Below the pieces are notes generated by a model. That model saw only the letters and a list, made by a program, of their open reading frames with translations. It was not told the DNA's origin and did not search any database. 64,000 nucleotides of DNA, taken from positions 1-64,000 of the forward strand of contig JAAHFP010000026.1 in NCBI GenBank assembly GCA_010672925.1. Reading direction: 5' to 3'. Shown here piece after piece: positions 19,471-28,932 of the stretch (position 1 is the stretch's first letter; each line of letters starts with the position of its first letter). The stretch is from Symploca sp. SIO1C2 (lineage in GTDB: Bacteria > Cyanobacteriota > Cyanobacteriia > Cyanobacteriales > Coleofasciculaceae). The position numbers and the translations under genes were made by a program.

Positions 19471-20065
19471 ATTGTTCCATTGCTGAACGTCCCTGCTTGC
19501 CCAAGCGAATTATAACAAAATAGCCTAAGTAAAGGACGTAAAAAATTAGTCCCACTACACCGAGAAAGCCCCAAACTCCTGGTTCATACCTCTGAGTAAG
19601 AAACAACCCTCTAAATACTAAGGGGGCTTCTGTCCAAACTTGGCAGAAGGTAGTTTCTATGGCTCCTGAGACAAACGCACAACGTAGAAAAGGGATAGTT
19701 GCGATCGCAGCGCAAGTACAGTAGATGGTAACTGCCCAGCGCCACGATGTTAGGGCTAATTTAAGGGAACTCTGGGACTGATCATCAATTTCGTCATTTA
19801 AATCAACCCAAAACCAGAGAGAGATGGGGATGAGGATATAAGCACAAAAATTAGACACAAAACCAATTGGCCAAGAAGCAATCAAGATGAAAAGAGTAAT
19901 TCCTAGGAGGCTAGCAACTCGCCAGTAAATGATCAATAAGCGAACCATGGCATCTGCTTTTTTGAGAGCAGCCCAAATGATGAGAGTCAAAGGGATGAAT
20001 ACCATAAACAAGAGTGTTAGCCGATAGTCTGTCCAGACTAGGGCTCTAAGAATTTCATCTTGCAT
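19469..20065 (-). CDS. Integral membrane protein (4-5 TM helices), conserved hypothetical
   Basis: Hydrophobic segments IPLTLIIWAAL, LLGITLFILIASWPIGF, ILIPISLWFWV, GFLGVVGLIFYVLYLGYFVII. Confidence 0.55.
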   Translation of the reverse strand: MQDEILRALVWTDYRLTLLFMVFIPLTLIIWAALKKADAMVRLLIIYWRVASLLGITLFILIASWPIGFVSNFCAYILIPISLWFWVDLNDEIDDQSQSSLKLALTSWRWAVTIYCTCAAIATIPFLRCAFVSGAIETTFCQVWTEAPLVFRGLFLTQRYEPGVWGFLGVVGLIFYVLYLGYFVIIRLGKQGRSAMEQ

Positions 20066-20186
20066 TGCTTGTTGCAGAATTTATCTTACTATATCTGAGT
20101 TGAATTTATTGGTCATATCCCCGGCTTCTTGAAGAAGTCGGGGATCTTGGAGTACTCCAGCTTTCTTTCTTGAAGACTAATGACAT

Positions 20187-20414
20187 TTAGTCATCGTAAA
20201 CCCGACATTCAGGGGCTTCAGGCGTACTGTCACAATAGAGTTCTAGGGAGTTTTTCTTTGGGGCACTTTGTTGTTTATGTGACTTGTCAGCTTGTAGCTC
20301 TTCTACTACATCCCAGGCTGCAGCACAGTCAGCGGAATTTGCACCTTCAAGATCACAAACAGCACGAGCTTGTTCTCGCTCTTGTTCGATTTTTGTGTCG
20401 ATGTTATCGCTCAT
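20187..20414 (-). CDS. cp12: Calvin-cycle regulatory protein CP12
   Basis: 75 aa. The AWDVVEEL core motif and the C-terminal Cys pair CDSTPEAPECRVYDD match the CP12 signature CxxxPxxxEC(R/K)xYD(D/E). A second N-terminal Cys pair is also present (CDLEGANSADC). Confidence 0.85.
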   Translation of the reverse strand: MSDNIDTKIEQEREQARAVCDLEGANSADCAAAWDVVEELQADKSHKQQSAPKKNSLELYCDSTPEAPECRVYDD

Positions 20415-20840
20415 TGCTCTCCTTTTATGATTTTTGTACTAAAGTAAACTCAACTTCTTTACTGCTAATAGTTGCACATCCTTGAGCTAAAGGATACTAT
20501 TAACACCCTATCTACTCAGTTGTAGTCTGCAAGCTCTCTCCCGTTTCCAGGATGAGTATCACAGTACAACTTTGTATAGCGCAAAACAGCACTTTCCTAA
20601 CAAGATTGCTCTTTATTTTTTAAGATTTTGCCCAGTTGGGAAAATTGCTGTTTAGTTTACAAAAAACTAAGCACCCTCTAAGTATATTAACTTATATAAA
20701 TACACAATCGTGTGCTAGGAAGGGAAATTAGTAGCTTGACTTCCCTTAGGAGTTACAGTGTTGGAGTTATCATAAGGCTTTGAATACTGGTCAATCCCCT
20801 GAATAGGGGCTGGTGTTGGTAGTGAATGTAGGTAAATCTG

Positions 20841-22109
20841 ATGGCGAATCCAATCAAATGGGCAAATGCCTTATCAACCCGTCCCTCTCTAGAGGCGGCA
20901 ATCGCGGAAGTTGTCAACCGTGTGGAAGGGGCATTACCAATGCCTGCTGATTTGGGTTTGGTGTTCATCTCTTCTGCCTACGCCAGTGAATATTCCCGCC
21001 TCATGCCTTTACTCCAAGAGCAGCTGTCGGTAAAGGTGCTGATTGGCTGTGGTGGCAGTGGCATCATTGGCATGAATGCTCAGGGTAGGGCTCAGGAAGT
21101 AGAGGAAGCACCAGCCCTAAGCCTCAGTCTAGCTCATCTACCTGATGTCAGTGTTCATGCCTTTCATTTAGCTGCTGAAGATTTGCCTGATCTAGATAGT
21201 CCTCCCAACGCTTGGGTAAACCTAGTTGGTGTCTCGCCTCAAGAGCAACCCCAGTTTATTTTGTTAGCTGATTCCTTCTCTTCTAGTATTAATGACTTAC
21301 TCCAAGGACTAGATTTTGCTTACCCAGGGTCTAATAAAGTAGGAGGGTTAGCAAGTGCTAATGCCATGGGGGTTCAGAATGGCTTGTTTTATTTCTGTGA
21401 GCAAACACCACAAGCTAAGTCTCTCTACCGAGAAGGAACTGTGGGAGTTGCGTTGAGTGGCAACATTGTTTTAGAAACGATTGTGGCTCAAGGCTGCCGC
21501 CCCATTGGTCAAACTTATCGGGTAACTAAAGGTGAACGGAATATCTTATTAGAACTGTCAGTACAGGAAGTTATGGGGGGCACAACTGCTGAAGAGCAGT
21601 CTCGTCCTCCTTTAGTTGTACTAAGAGATGTCATCCAGAACCTGAGTGAGGCAGACCGGCAGTTGGCACAAAATTCCCTTTTTATTGGTATTGCCCGAGA
21701 TGAGTTTAAGCAACAATTGGGTCATGGAGATTTTCTCATCCGCAATATGTTGGGAGTAGACCCCAGAGTTGGAGCAATCGCGATTGGAGACCGCGTTAGA
21801 CCGGGTCAACGCATCCAGTTCCATCTTAGGGATGCCCATACTTCTAAAGAAGACTTGGAATTACTCCTCCAGTATCATCAACACCAAACTGCTAACAATA
21901 CAGATGCAGCTGGTGCTCTGATGTTCTCCTGTTTAGGACGAGGAGAAGGACTCTACGGAGAACGTAATTTTGACTCCCAATTATTCCAGCAGTATCTGAG
22001 CAACGTTCCCTTAGGTGGCTTCTTCTGTAACGGAGAAATTGGACCCGTCGGTGGTAGTACTTTTCTCCACGGCTACACTTCAGTTTTTGGCATTTGCCGT
22101 CAACTCTGA
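20841..22109 (+). CDS. FIST-domain signal-transduction protein
   Basis: 422 aa. The FIST_N / FIST_C layout is recognised at family level only. Confidence 0.6.
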   Translation: MANPIKWANALSTRPSLEAAIAEVVNRVEGALPMPADLGLVFISSAYASEYSRLMPLLQEQLSVKVLIGCGGSGIIGMNAQGRAQEVEEAPALSLSLAHLPDVSVHAFHLAAEDLPDLDSPPNAWVNLVGVSPQEQPQFILLADSFSSSINDLLQGLDFAYPGSNKVGGLASANAMGVQNGLFYFCEQTPQAKSLYREGTVGVALSGNIVLETIVAQGCRPIGQTYRVTKGERNILLELSVQEVMGGTTAEEQSRPPLVVLRDVIQNLSEADRQLAQNSLFIGIARDEFKQQLGHGDFLIRNMLGVDPRVGAIAIGDRVRPGQRIQFHLRDAHTSKEDLELLLQYHQHQTANNTDAAGALMFSCLGRGEGLYGERNFDSQLFQQYLSNVPLGGFFCNGEIGPVGGSTFLHGYTSVFGICRQL

Positions 22110-22610
22110 TTTTGAGTTGTTTTTAGTAGTTATTCGACTACTGTATCCAGGATGTAAATATCCTAGTAGACCATCATTAGCTTTGGTATCGTGAAAAGCC
22201 CAGCCTGTTACCTTATCTCCAGGCTTGAGTTGGCAATGTTGTACATCTCCAGAAGGAATAAAGTACAGACCTGATGCCGCATTACAAAGCAAATAGTCAT
22301 TACTTTTTTTCACACAAGTTCCTTGAACTAAGGTTGGCTTAAACTTCTGTAGTGCCTTAGGAATATACTTTTTGTTGTTAATACCTGTTTGTACTCTGGC
22401 TCTGGCTGCTTCATAACCATCCAGATAGTCGAAGTGTTTACTTTCGGTTTCCCAACTACCTTTGACTGGGACATTGAAGTAAATCTTGACTAAAAAATAA
22501 TATCTCCGGAACTCATGAGAGTAAACGTCGTACCAGGGATTGATCGCATTAGCTTGAGCTAAGTTAATCAATACACCAGAATTACTTTGAAAATACGAAG
22601 AAAGCTTCAT
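22080..22610 (-). CDS. Hypothetical protein (176 aa), converging on and overlapping the FIST gene's 3' end by ~30 bp
   Basis: ORF with complex composition. No domain recognised. A (TTGACTG)n STRR lies immediately upstream at 22619..22673. Confidence 0.4.
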   Translation of the reverse strand: MKLSSYFQSNSGVLINLAQANAINPWYDVYSHEFRRYYFLVKIYFNVPVKGSWETESKHFDYLDGYEAARARVQTGINNKKYIPKALQKFKPTLVQGTCVKKSNDYLLCNAASGLYFIPSGDVQHCQLKPGDKVTGWAFHDTKANDGLLGYLHPGYSSRITTKNNSKSELTANAKN

Positions 22611-22618
22611 TTGACTGT

Positions 22619-22673
22619 TGACTGTTGACTGTTAACTGCTGACTGTTGACTGCTGATTGTTGACTGCGCCCTA
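22619..22673. repeat. STRR heptamer repeat (TTGACTG)n
   Basis: ttgactgttgactgttgactgttaactgctgactgttgactgctgattgttgactg. Confidence 0.8.
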
Positions 22674-23517
22674 TGTTCAAGTCAGACTCCCATGAACTTT
22701 CACCTCACAACTTATGATGAAAATCTTTCTGTCTCCGCGTTTGGTGTGTCCTCGCGTCCAGTGCGTCTCTTTTCAATTCAGGAGACAGTCCCGATGAAAA
22801 AATTTTTTCACCACCAGATGATGAAAGTAACTTCTTCCCTTTTGCCTGTTGCCTGTTGCCTACTTTCAAGTCAGAAGGGAAGAAAGGTTATACAGTCAAT
22901 TTTTTAACCTTTTTTTCTTTACATAGAACAGATCGAAGGCACTACCTGGTACAGCTTAAGACTTTATTCAGCAATCTCTATCTATGATAATTGATTACTC
23001 CCATAGACAGGAATAGCTAAGACTCATCCAAATTGAATACTTAATCTAAGGAAAATAACATAAAATAAAAGTCTAAGATTTTTTCTATCTATCTTAGGGT
23101 ATAAATTAATTTATTTTTCCTGTACTCTAACTTTAGATAGAGCTATTTTCGCTCCTAGTTACGCATTTATACTGAGCACTAAGATTACTAGCAGATTCCG
23201 TATAAATACGGAGGTAAACGCAATCTACAATAGCTTAGGTTTAGTAATAGTTTGCTACTACAACCATCAAAACACTACTAACCGTTTATACATCCACTAC
23301 TGTTCCTTACTTCTTAGTGTTCTGAGATAGGTTGTTGAGAAAATTAGTTGTGAATACATTCAAGGACGGAAAATATCTCTTCCCTGTTCCTGATTTTTTG
23401 GCTAGAAGTTCCTTATTTTGCAGCTAGGCGCAATTGTGCAAGCAAGCTAGTGCAATCCTCAACGAAATTGAAACGAAATACACAGTCTAATCCTTGAGCT
23501 AGCTTAGCTCTGATTTA

Positions 23518-24627
23518 GTGAACCTATCCGAAAATTGCTATAAGACGTACTTCAGTTGGTTAGTCCCAATCCCTGTATCGGTTGGATCAGCACTAATTAA
23601 TAATTTTTCTTACATTCAAAAAAAATTTATCAATCAACAAATGAGAATAAATTCTAGTCTTGATAAGCAATCCACTAACTCAGTTTTCGCTCAAGTTGGT
23701 TATTACTTACGCCAAAAGTTGCACTATTTCAATCCCCACCGCTACCTTTGCGCCCAATTAGGACTGACAATTGCCGGAATGACATTATTTTTGTTCACTT
23801 TTACTAGGCTTACCATCAGTAGTATCCTATTTGCCGCTCTAGTTTACCTAGTGAGTGAACAGAAGAGAAAAAAAGAAGTGGCAAAACTTTCTACATCTCT
23901 CAACCAATTAGTAAGCACTTTGGCTCAACAGGAGCAAGCTATACAGATGACTAATCAAAAATTGAATCAAGAGTTGTGGGAGCGCCAAAAAACTGAGCAA
24001 TTTTGGAGAAAGACTCAGCAGCAATTTCGTCAAATAGCGGAAAACATCGAGGAAATTATTTGGATTGCTTCCTTTGAGTTTAATCAATTGCTGTATATTA
24101 GTCCCGCTTACGAGAAAATTTTTGGTCGTTCCTGTGATCTACTCTATCAAGATCCTACTTCTTGGCTAGAGTTAGTTCATCGCCGGGATCGCAAAAGTTT
24201 AAAAAAAGCACTAGAGATACACAAGAAACAAGCACAACCCATCAGCATCAAGTTTAGGATTGTCCGACCCAACGGAACAGTTCGTTGGCTCTGGTCTCAA
24301 ACCTTTCCTGTTAAAAATCAGCAGAACAAACTTTACAGAAGTACGGGGATTGTAGTTGATATTACCCAGCAGAAGCAAGCTGAAGCAGAAATGCGTCGCT
24401 CACTAGAGCAAGAGCAAGAACTCAACGAGCTCAAGTCTCGTTTCATCTCTATAGCTTCCCATGAATTTCGCACTTCTCTCAACACAATCATGTCTTCTGC
24501 TGAGATTTTGCAAAATGCTGATCTTAACTTAATGCAACAGAACAAATATAAATATGTAGAAAATATTAAGAGTTCTACCGAAAGAATGATACAAATCATT
24601 GAAGAATTTCTTCTAATAGAAAAGTAG
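23518..24627 (+). CDS. Membrane PAS/HisKA sensor protein that ends right after the DHp domain and has no HATPase_c domain. It is either a truncated histidine kinase or a phosphotransfer-only protein
   Basis: N-terminal TM helices, a PAS-like region (WIASFEFNQLLYISPAYEKIFG), and the H-box SHEFRTSLNTI. The ORF stops 40 aa later. The N/G1/G2 ATP-binding boxes are absent. GTG start at 23518, with an alternative ATG at 23641. Confidence 0.6.
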   Translation: MNLSENCYKTYFSWLVPIPVSVGSALINNFSYIQKKFINQQMRINSSLDKQSTNSVFAQVGYYLRQKLHYFNPHRYLCAQLGLTIAGMTLFLFTFTRLTISSILFAALVYLVSEQKRKKEVAKLSTSLNQLVSTLAQQEQAIQMTNQKLNQELWERQKTEQFWRKTQQQFRQIAENIEEIIWIASFEFNQLLYISPAYEKIFGRSCDLLYQDPTSWLELVHRRDRKSLKKALEIHKKQAQPISIKFRIVRPNGTVRWLWSQTFPVKNQQNKLYRSTGIVVDITQQKQAEAEMRRSLEQEQELNELKSRFISIASHEFRTSLNTIMSSAEILQNADLNLMQQNKYKYVENIKSSTERMIQIIEEFLLIEK

Positions 24628-24735
24628 AGACAAAAAATCAAGTTCAATACAACAAAATTAAATTTATTTTTTACCTATGGCGAAGATAACAGTGGTAAAA
24701 AATCTAGAATAAATATAAAATAACCTCATGGACAA

Positions 24736-26493
24736 ATGAAAAAAATACTAGTTATCGAAGATGAAGAACTGATCCGAAATAACCTGATGGACATCTTGCA
24801 GGATGAAGGATTTAAGGTAATTAATGCAGAAAATGGTCATCAAGGCCTTGACGTAGCTATCACAGAAAAGCCTGATTTGATTTTGTGCGATGTTAATATG
24901 CCAGGGTTAGATGGTCATGGAGTATTGAATATTCTTAACCAAGACCCAACTATGGCAGCTATTCCCTTTATTTTCCTGACAGCAAAAGCGACCAAAGACG
25001 ATTTTCGTCAAGGTATGGAACTAGGTGCAGATGACTATCTTACTAAACCATTCACCAAGCCTGAACTACTTAAAGCGATCGCCAGTAGGCTGAAAAAACA
25101 ATTTACTAAACAACAACGTTATCGAGCGATGCAAGAGTTCTACAACATTGAACTTCAGCACGCCAAAGAACAACTCAATTACTTGAGTCACTATGATCAT
25201 CTCACAAAGCTACCCAATCGCTTGGCATTAAGGGAGCTGTTTAGGCAAGCAAAATCTCTAGAAACAGAGAAAGAACAACTAGTCACAATTTTGTGTCTGA
25301 GTTTAGATCGATTTTCCCAAATCAACGAAAACTTAGGATATCAATTCGGCGACTTGTTACTCCAAGCTGTTGCTCAAAGAATTCAATCTTGTGTTAGTTT
25401 ACCTAACAAAGTTGTTCGCTTAGATGCTGATCGGTTTGCCATTATTTTAGCAACAACTAAGCATAAAAAAGATGCTGTCAAAATTGCCCAGACAATTTTG
25501 GAAAATCTTTCTCAAACGTTTAATTTATCGGGTCAAGAAGTCTTCATTACTGCCAGCATTGGTATGGCGTTCTATCCTCGTGACGGTCAAACTATTGAAC
25601 CACTGCTCAAAAATGCTACCATCGCTATGGTTCAGGCTAAGCGACAGGGAGGTAATCAATATCAGTTTTACTCAGTGGCTTTCCATATTGGTTTCTCTGA
25701 TCGTCTTGCTCTACAAACTAGTTTGCGTTATGCCTTGGAAAGGCAAGAACTCGAAGTTCACTATCAACCCCTAGTCAGTCTCAAAACAGGGAAAATTGTT
25801 GGTGCTGAAGCCTTAGTACGTTGGCGCCATCCAGAGAAGGGATTAATTCTACCCGGTAAGTTTATTACTGTTGCCGAAGAAACAGGTCTGATTGTCCCGA
25901 TTGGAGAATGGGTATTGCGCAAAGCTTGCCAGCAAGCCCAAATCTGGCATAATAATGGCTTTGCACCTTTACGGCTAGCAGTAAATATCTCAGGTCGCCA
26001 ATTTAATCAAATAGAATTACGCCAAAAATTAGTCCATATTATTGGTCAAACAGGTTTTAACCCTCGATATTTAGAGTTAGAACTAACTGAAAGCTTACTA
26101 GTACAAAATGTTGAAGTAGCAATTAAAAGATTGAAGGGTTTAAAAACTTTAGGTATCAAAATTGCTATTGATGATTTTGGTACAGGTTATTCTTCTTTAA
26201 ACTATTTGCAACAATTTCCCTTTGATATTTTAAAGATTGACAAATGTTTTATCCATCGTCTTGTAGCTCATACTAACCAAGCAGCGATTACCAAGACTAT
26301 TATCCAAATGGCCAAAAATCTCAATCTAAGAGTAACTGCCGAGGGAGTTGAGTCTCCCAGTCAGCTATCTTTTATTTACCGACATCAGTGTGATGAAATG
26401 CAGGGTTATATTTTCAGTCGTCCAGTTCCAGCTCATGAGTTTGAGCAATTGTTAAAGAGCAAAAAACGTTTATCTTTACCTAGAATGGTTTAG
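24736..26493 (+). CDS. Response regulator: REC + degenerate GGDEF + EAL (likely a c-di-GMP phosphodiesterase)
   Basis: REC: LILCDVNMPGLDG...LTKPF. The GGDEF position reads RLDADRFAIIL, which is degenerate. The EAL domain is intact (GAEALVRW, DDFGTGYSSLNYL, KIDKCFI). Confidence 0.85.
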   Translation: MKKILVIEDEELIRNNLMDILQDEGFKVINAENGHQGLDVAITEKPDLILCDVNMPGLDGHGVLNILNQDPTMAAIPFIFLTAKATKDDFRQGMELGADDYLTKPFTKPELLKAIASRLKKQFTKQQRYRAMQEFYNIELQHAKEQLNYLSHYDHLTKLPNRLALRELFRQAKSLETEKEQLVTILCLSLDRFSQINENLGYQFGDLLLQAVAQRIQSCVSLPNKVVRLDADRFAIILATTKHKKDAVKIAQTILENLSQTFNLSGQEVFITASIGMAFYPRDGQTIEPLLKNATIAMVQAKRQGGNQYQFYSVAFHIGFSDRLALQTSLRYALERQELEVHYQPLVSLKTGKIVGAEALVRWRHPEKGLILPGKFITVAEETGLIVPIGEWVLRKACQQAQIWHNNGFAPLRLAVNISGRQFNQIELRQKLVHIIGQTGFNPRYLELELTESLLVQNVEVAIKRLKGLKTLGIKIAIDDFGTGYSSLNYLQQFPFDILKIDKCFIHRLVAHTNQAAITKTIIQMAKNLNLRVTAEGVESPSQLSFIYRHQCDEMQGYIFSRPVPAHEFEQLLKSKKRLSLPRMV

Positions 26494-27087
26494 GCAAAAA
26501 AGCTCTAGCACTAGGCAGTGGGGAATGGGGAATAGGGAATAGGAACTCACGAGGTAAAAAGACAGTTTAAAAGTATACAAGGTCTGGAGTGTAGCCTTTA
26601 AAAACAAGGAGAGTTTTCCCCTATTCGATAGGGAAGAAGTAGGGAATAGTGTGTCTCCTATTCAATTTTTTGCAGGGAGCACTTCTCAGGAGTCCTCCAC
26701 TTTTGATGTTGCCAGAGCGTTGGTAAGCGATCGCTCTGGTGTTGGACTAAATGTATCAAAAGTTACTATTTTACAGTTAAAAATTTATGGACGAGAAGTA
26801 GAATTTCTGTTGAGGATATTACTGAACAGGGAATAAAAATTATATTAAATAGCTGCACGATTGATAGTTTATGTATCAAAATTTACTACGTGTTTGGTTG
26901 AAAGTTACGACAATACCAATTGTGCCAGCTAGGGTGCGGAATGTTGCAAGCATTTACACAAAATCATTTACCAGTTCTCAATCGCTGTGACCTTATATGA
27001 TATCAGCCTTTGAGTTTCAGGCAGTGTGTGACTAATTTTGTGTACCTGCTTATATAACTTTTTCCGCCCACCTACTTATGTCCTACT

Positions 27088-28428
27088 ATGACTACTACAG
27101 CAAAAGAATTTGATTTTATTTCTCCATCAGATGAAAAATCTGCTAAGCCTCAAGAACTCACCTATTTCCGTACTCTTTTATACGCGGGAATTGTGGGAGT
27201 TGCTGGAGGTTTAGTAGCAACTGTTTACTATTTTGTACTCGAACAGCTACTGGAATTGGTTTGGGAAGTAGGTAGAGAATCTGTTTTAAGATGGTTTCCT
27301 GTTTGGCTTCCCCACTGGAACTACACCTGGATAGTTGCAACCATTGGTGGGTTGGGTGTAGGACTGTGTTTGTATTACCTCGGCTTGCCGGGGGAAATGG
27401 CTGTTGTTATCGATCAAGTCCATGATGCAGGGCGTTTAGAGCCGAAACAAACCCCTGGTATGATTATTACTTCTTTGGTTTCAATTACCGCTGGAGGTAG
27501 CCTGGGACCAGAGGCTCCATTGGTGCAGATTAACGGCAGCATAGGAAGCTGGATTGCAGAAAAGCTAAAGCTGACCGTTCATAATATGCGGGTTATGACC
27601 TTTTGTGGTATGGGGGCAGCCTTAGCAGCTTTCTTTGGTGACCCAATTGGCGGCCCCTTATTTGCTTTAGAAATTCCCCATCGTCGAGGTCTTGAATATT
27701 ACGAAGCGATTATTCCAGCAATGGTGGCAGGAATTTGTAGCTTTGGGATTTTCCGCTTAGGAACAGGGTTGAAAGTCGGAGGTATCTATAACTTTGGTCG
27801 CTTTGGCGATTTACCCAGCCTCACTTGGTTCAATTTATTAGAAGGTATTGGTTTAGGCTTAGTTGGTGCTTTAGCAGGCATCTTCTTCATCGGTATGTTT
27901 CGTGTAATGAAGTGGATGATTCACAAGATTGAGCATCAGCATATTGTGTTAGCCCTTATGGGTGGATTGGGTATTGGCTGGATTGCAGTACTCTATCCCC
28001 CCACCCTCTTTTTTAGTGAGCAACAAATTGAAACTCAGCTATTGGCTCAGTCTACATCTTTTGGATTGGTAACTCTACTGGGTATTTGCTTTGCCAAGAT
28101 GTTGGCGATTTGCTTTACTATCCACGGTGGATTTAGGGGGGGATTTATTTTTCCGTTATTCTTCACTGGAGCTAGCTTAGGTTTGGCCATTGCTTTGGGT
28201 ATTCCCAGCATTCACCCTACTATTGCTATTTTGTGTTCCATGGCAGCAATTAATGTAGCAATTACGAAAACCCCTATCAGTACCACGATCATTTTGACGG
28301 TGTTGTCGGATACTACAATTTTACCGGTAATTGCGATCGCCAGTTTCACCAGTTTCCTCCTTACCAGTAATATCGGTTTGCTTAAAACCCAGAGGGCCAG
28401 AACAACAGCAACTCTCTCAGGTTACTAG
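27088..28428 (+). CDS. ClC-family chloride channel / H+-Cl- antiporter
   Basis: About 10-12 TM segments. The ClC selectivity motifs are GGSLGPEAP (GxEGP-like) and GGFRGGFIFPLFFTGASLG (GxFxP). Confidence 0.8.
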   Translation: MTTTAKEFDFISPSDEKSAKPQELTYFRTLLYAGIVGVAGGLVATVYYFVLEQLLELVWEVGRESVLRWFPVWLPHWNYTWIVATIGGLGVGLCLYYLGLPGEMAVVIDQVHDAGRLEPKQTPGMIITSLVSITAGGSLGPEAPLVQINGSIGSWIAEKLKLTVHNMRVMTFCGMGAALAAFFGDPIGGPLFALEIPHRRGLEYYEAIIPAMVAGICSFGIFRLGTGLKVGGIYNFGRFGDLPSLTWFNLLEGIGLGLVGALAGIFFIGMFRVMKWMIHKIEHQHIVLALMGGLGIGWIAVLYPPTLFFSEQQIETQLLAQSTSFGLVTLLGICFAKMLAICFTIHGGFRGGFIFPLFFTGASLGLAIALGIPSIHPTIAILCSMAAINVAITKTPISTTIILTVLSDTTILPVIAIASFTSFLLTSNIGLLKTQRARTTATLSGY

Positions 28429-28521
28429 TAAAAGTTGTTAGTATTGGTAATTTACTCTCCGGATATTGAGGATATTCCTTGGAAAAGAGGAGTGGTAGAT
28501 GATGTACCCTGATAATTATCC

Positions 28522-28560
28522 CCCGAAGTTCATTTCTCGGGGGTTCTTTATATTTTTGCA
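28522..28560 (+). terminator. Hairpin with a T-rich tail downstream of the ClC gene
   Basis: ccccgaagttcatttctcggggg followed by ttctttatattttt. Confidence 0.45.
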
Positions 28561-28932
28561 GGATAGAGGGTTAATATCATGTCCGTCTAATCACTTACGA
28601 TAAAAATTCTCCGTGTCCCCGCATCAGCCTTAATGATAATTATTCAACCGGACATGATATAACTCAAGACTTGTTACACTCCCTATTCGATTGTAATGAT
28701 TGGGAGGAAGGCGATTGAGTGATTAAAATCACATCAGTAATTGTGTCAAGTCACAGAGAAAGGTTGTAATAATTCGTTATATCTATACCTACAGTTCCTT
28801 TAGAAAAATTTATACTGCTAAGTATAAACAGATATTTCAGTAGATTTTCCAGATACATCTTTAAGCTTCAATAGTATCTGTAGTGTGAGCTTTTAGGACT
28901 TTAGTGAAGCAGAACTTAAAAAATGACCTAAA

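Noticed and set aside
26651-26836. 61-aa ORF in the GGDEF-EAL / ClC intergenic region
   Set aside because: No RBS or domain. It lies in a region with degenerate STRR (gggaatggggaatagggaatagg) and an AT-rich spacer.
28576-28658. 10-bp inverted repeat ATCATGTCCG...CGGACATGAT flanking 63 bp downstream of the ClC gene
   Set aside because: It is single, short and imperfect beyond 10 bp. It could be a tiny MITE or operator, but there is no second copy in the window and nothing to distinguish it from chance.
28440-28930. Searched the long intergenic regions for tRNA or tmRNA cloverleafs. The regions were 3175-3831, 16363-17080, 22910-23517, 28440-28930, 39906-40332, 43031-43476 and 56944-57225
   Set aside because: No GTTCRANYC T-loop with appropriately spaced acceptor and anticodon stems was found by eye. 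A tRNAscan-SE run would be definitive.
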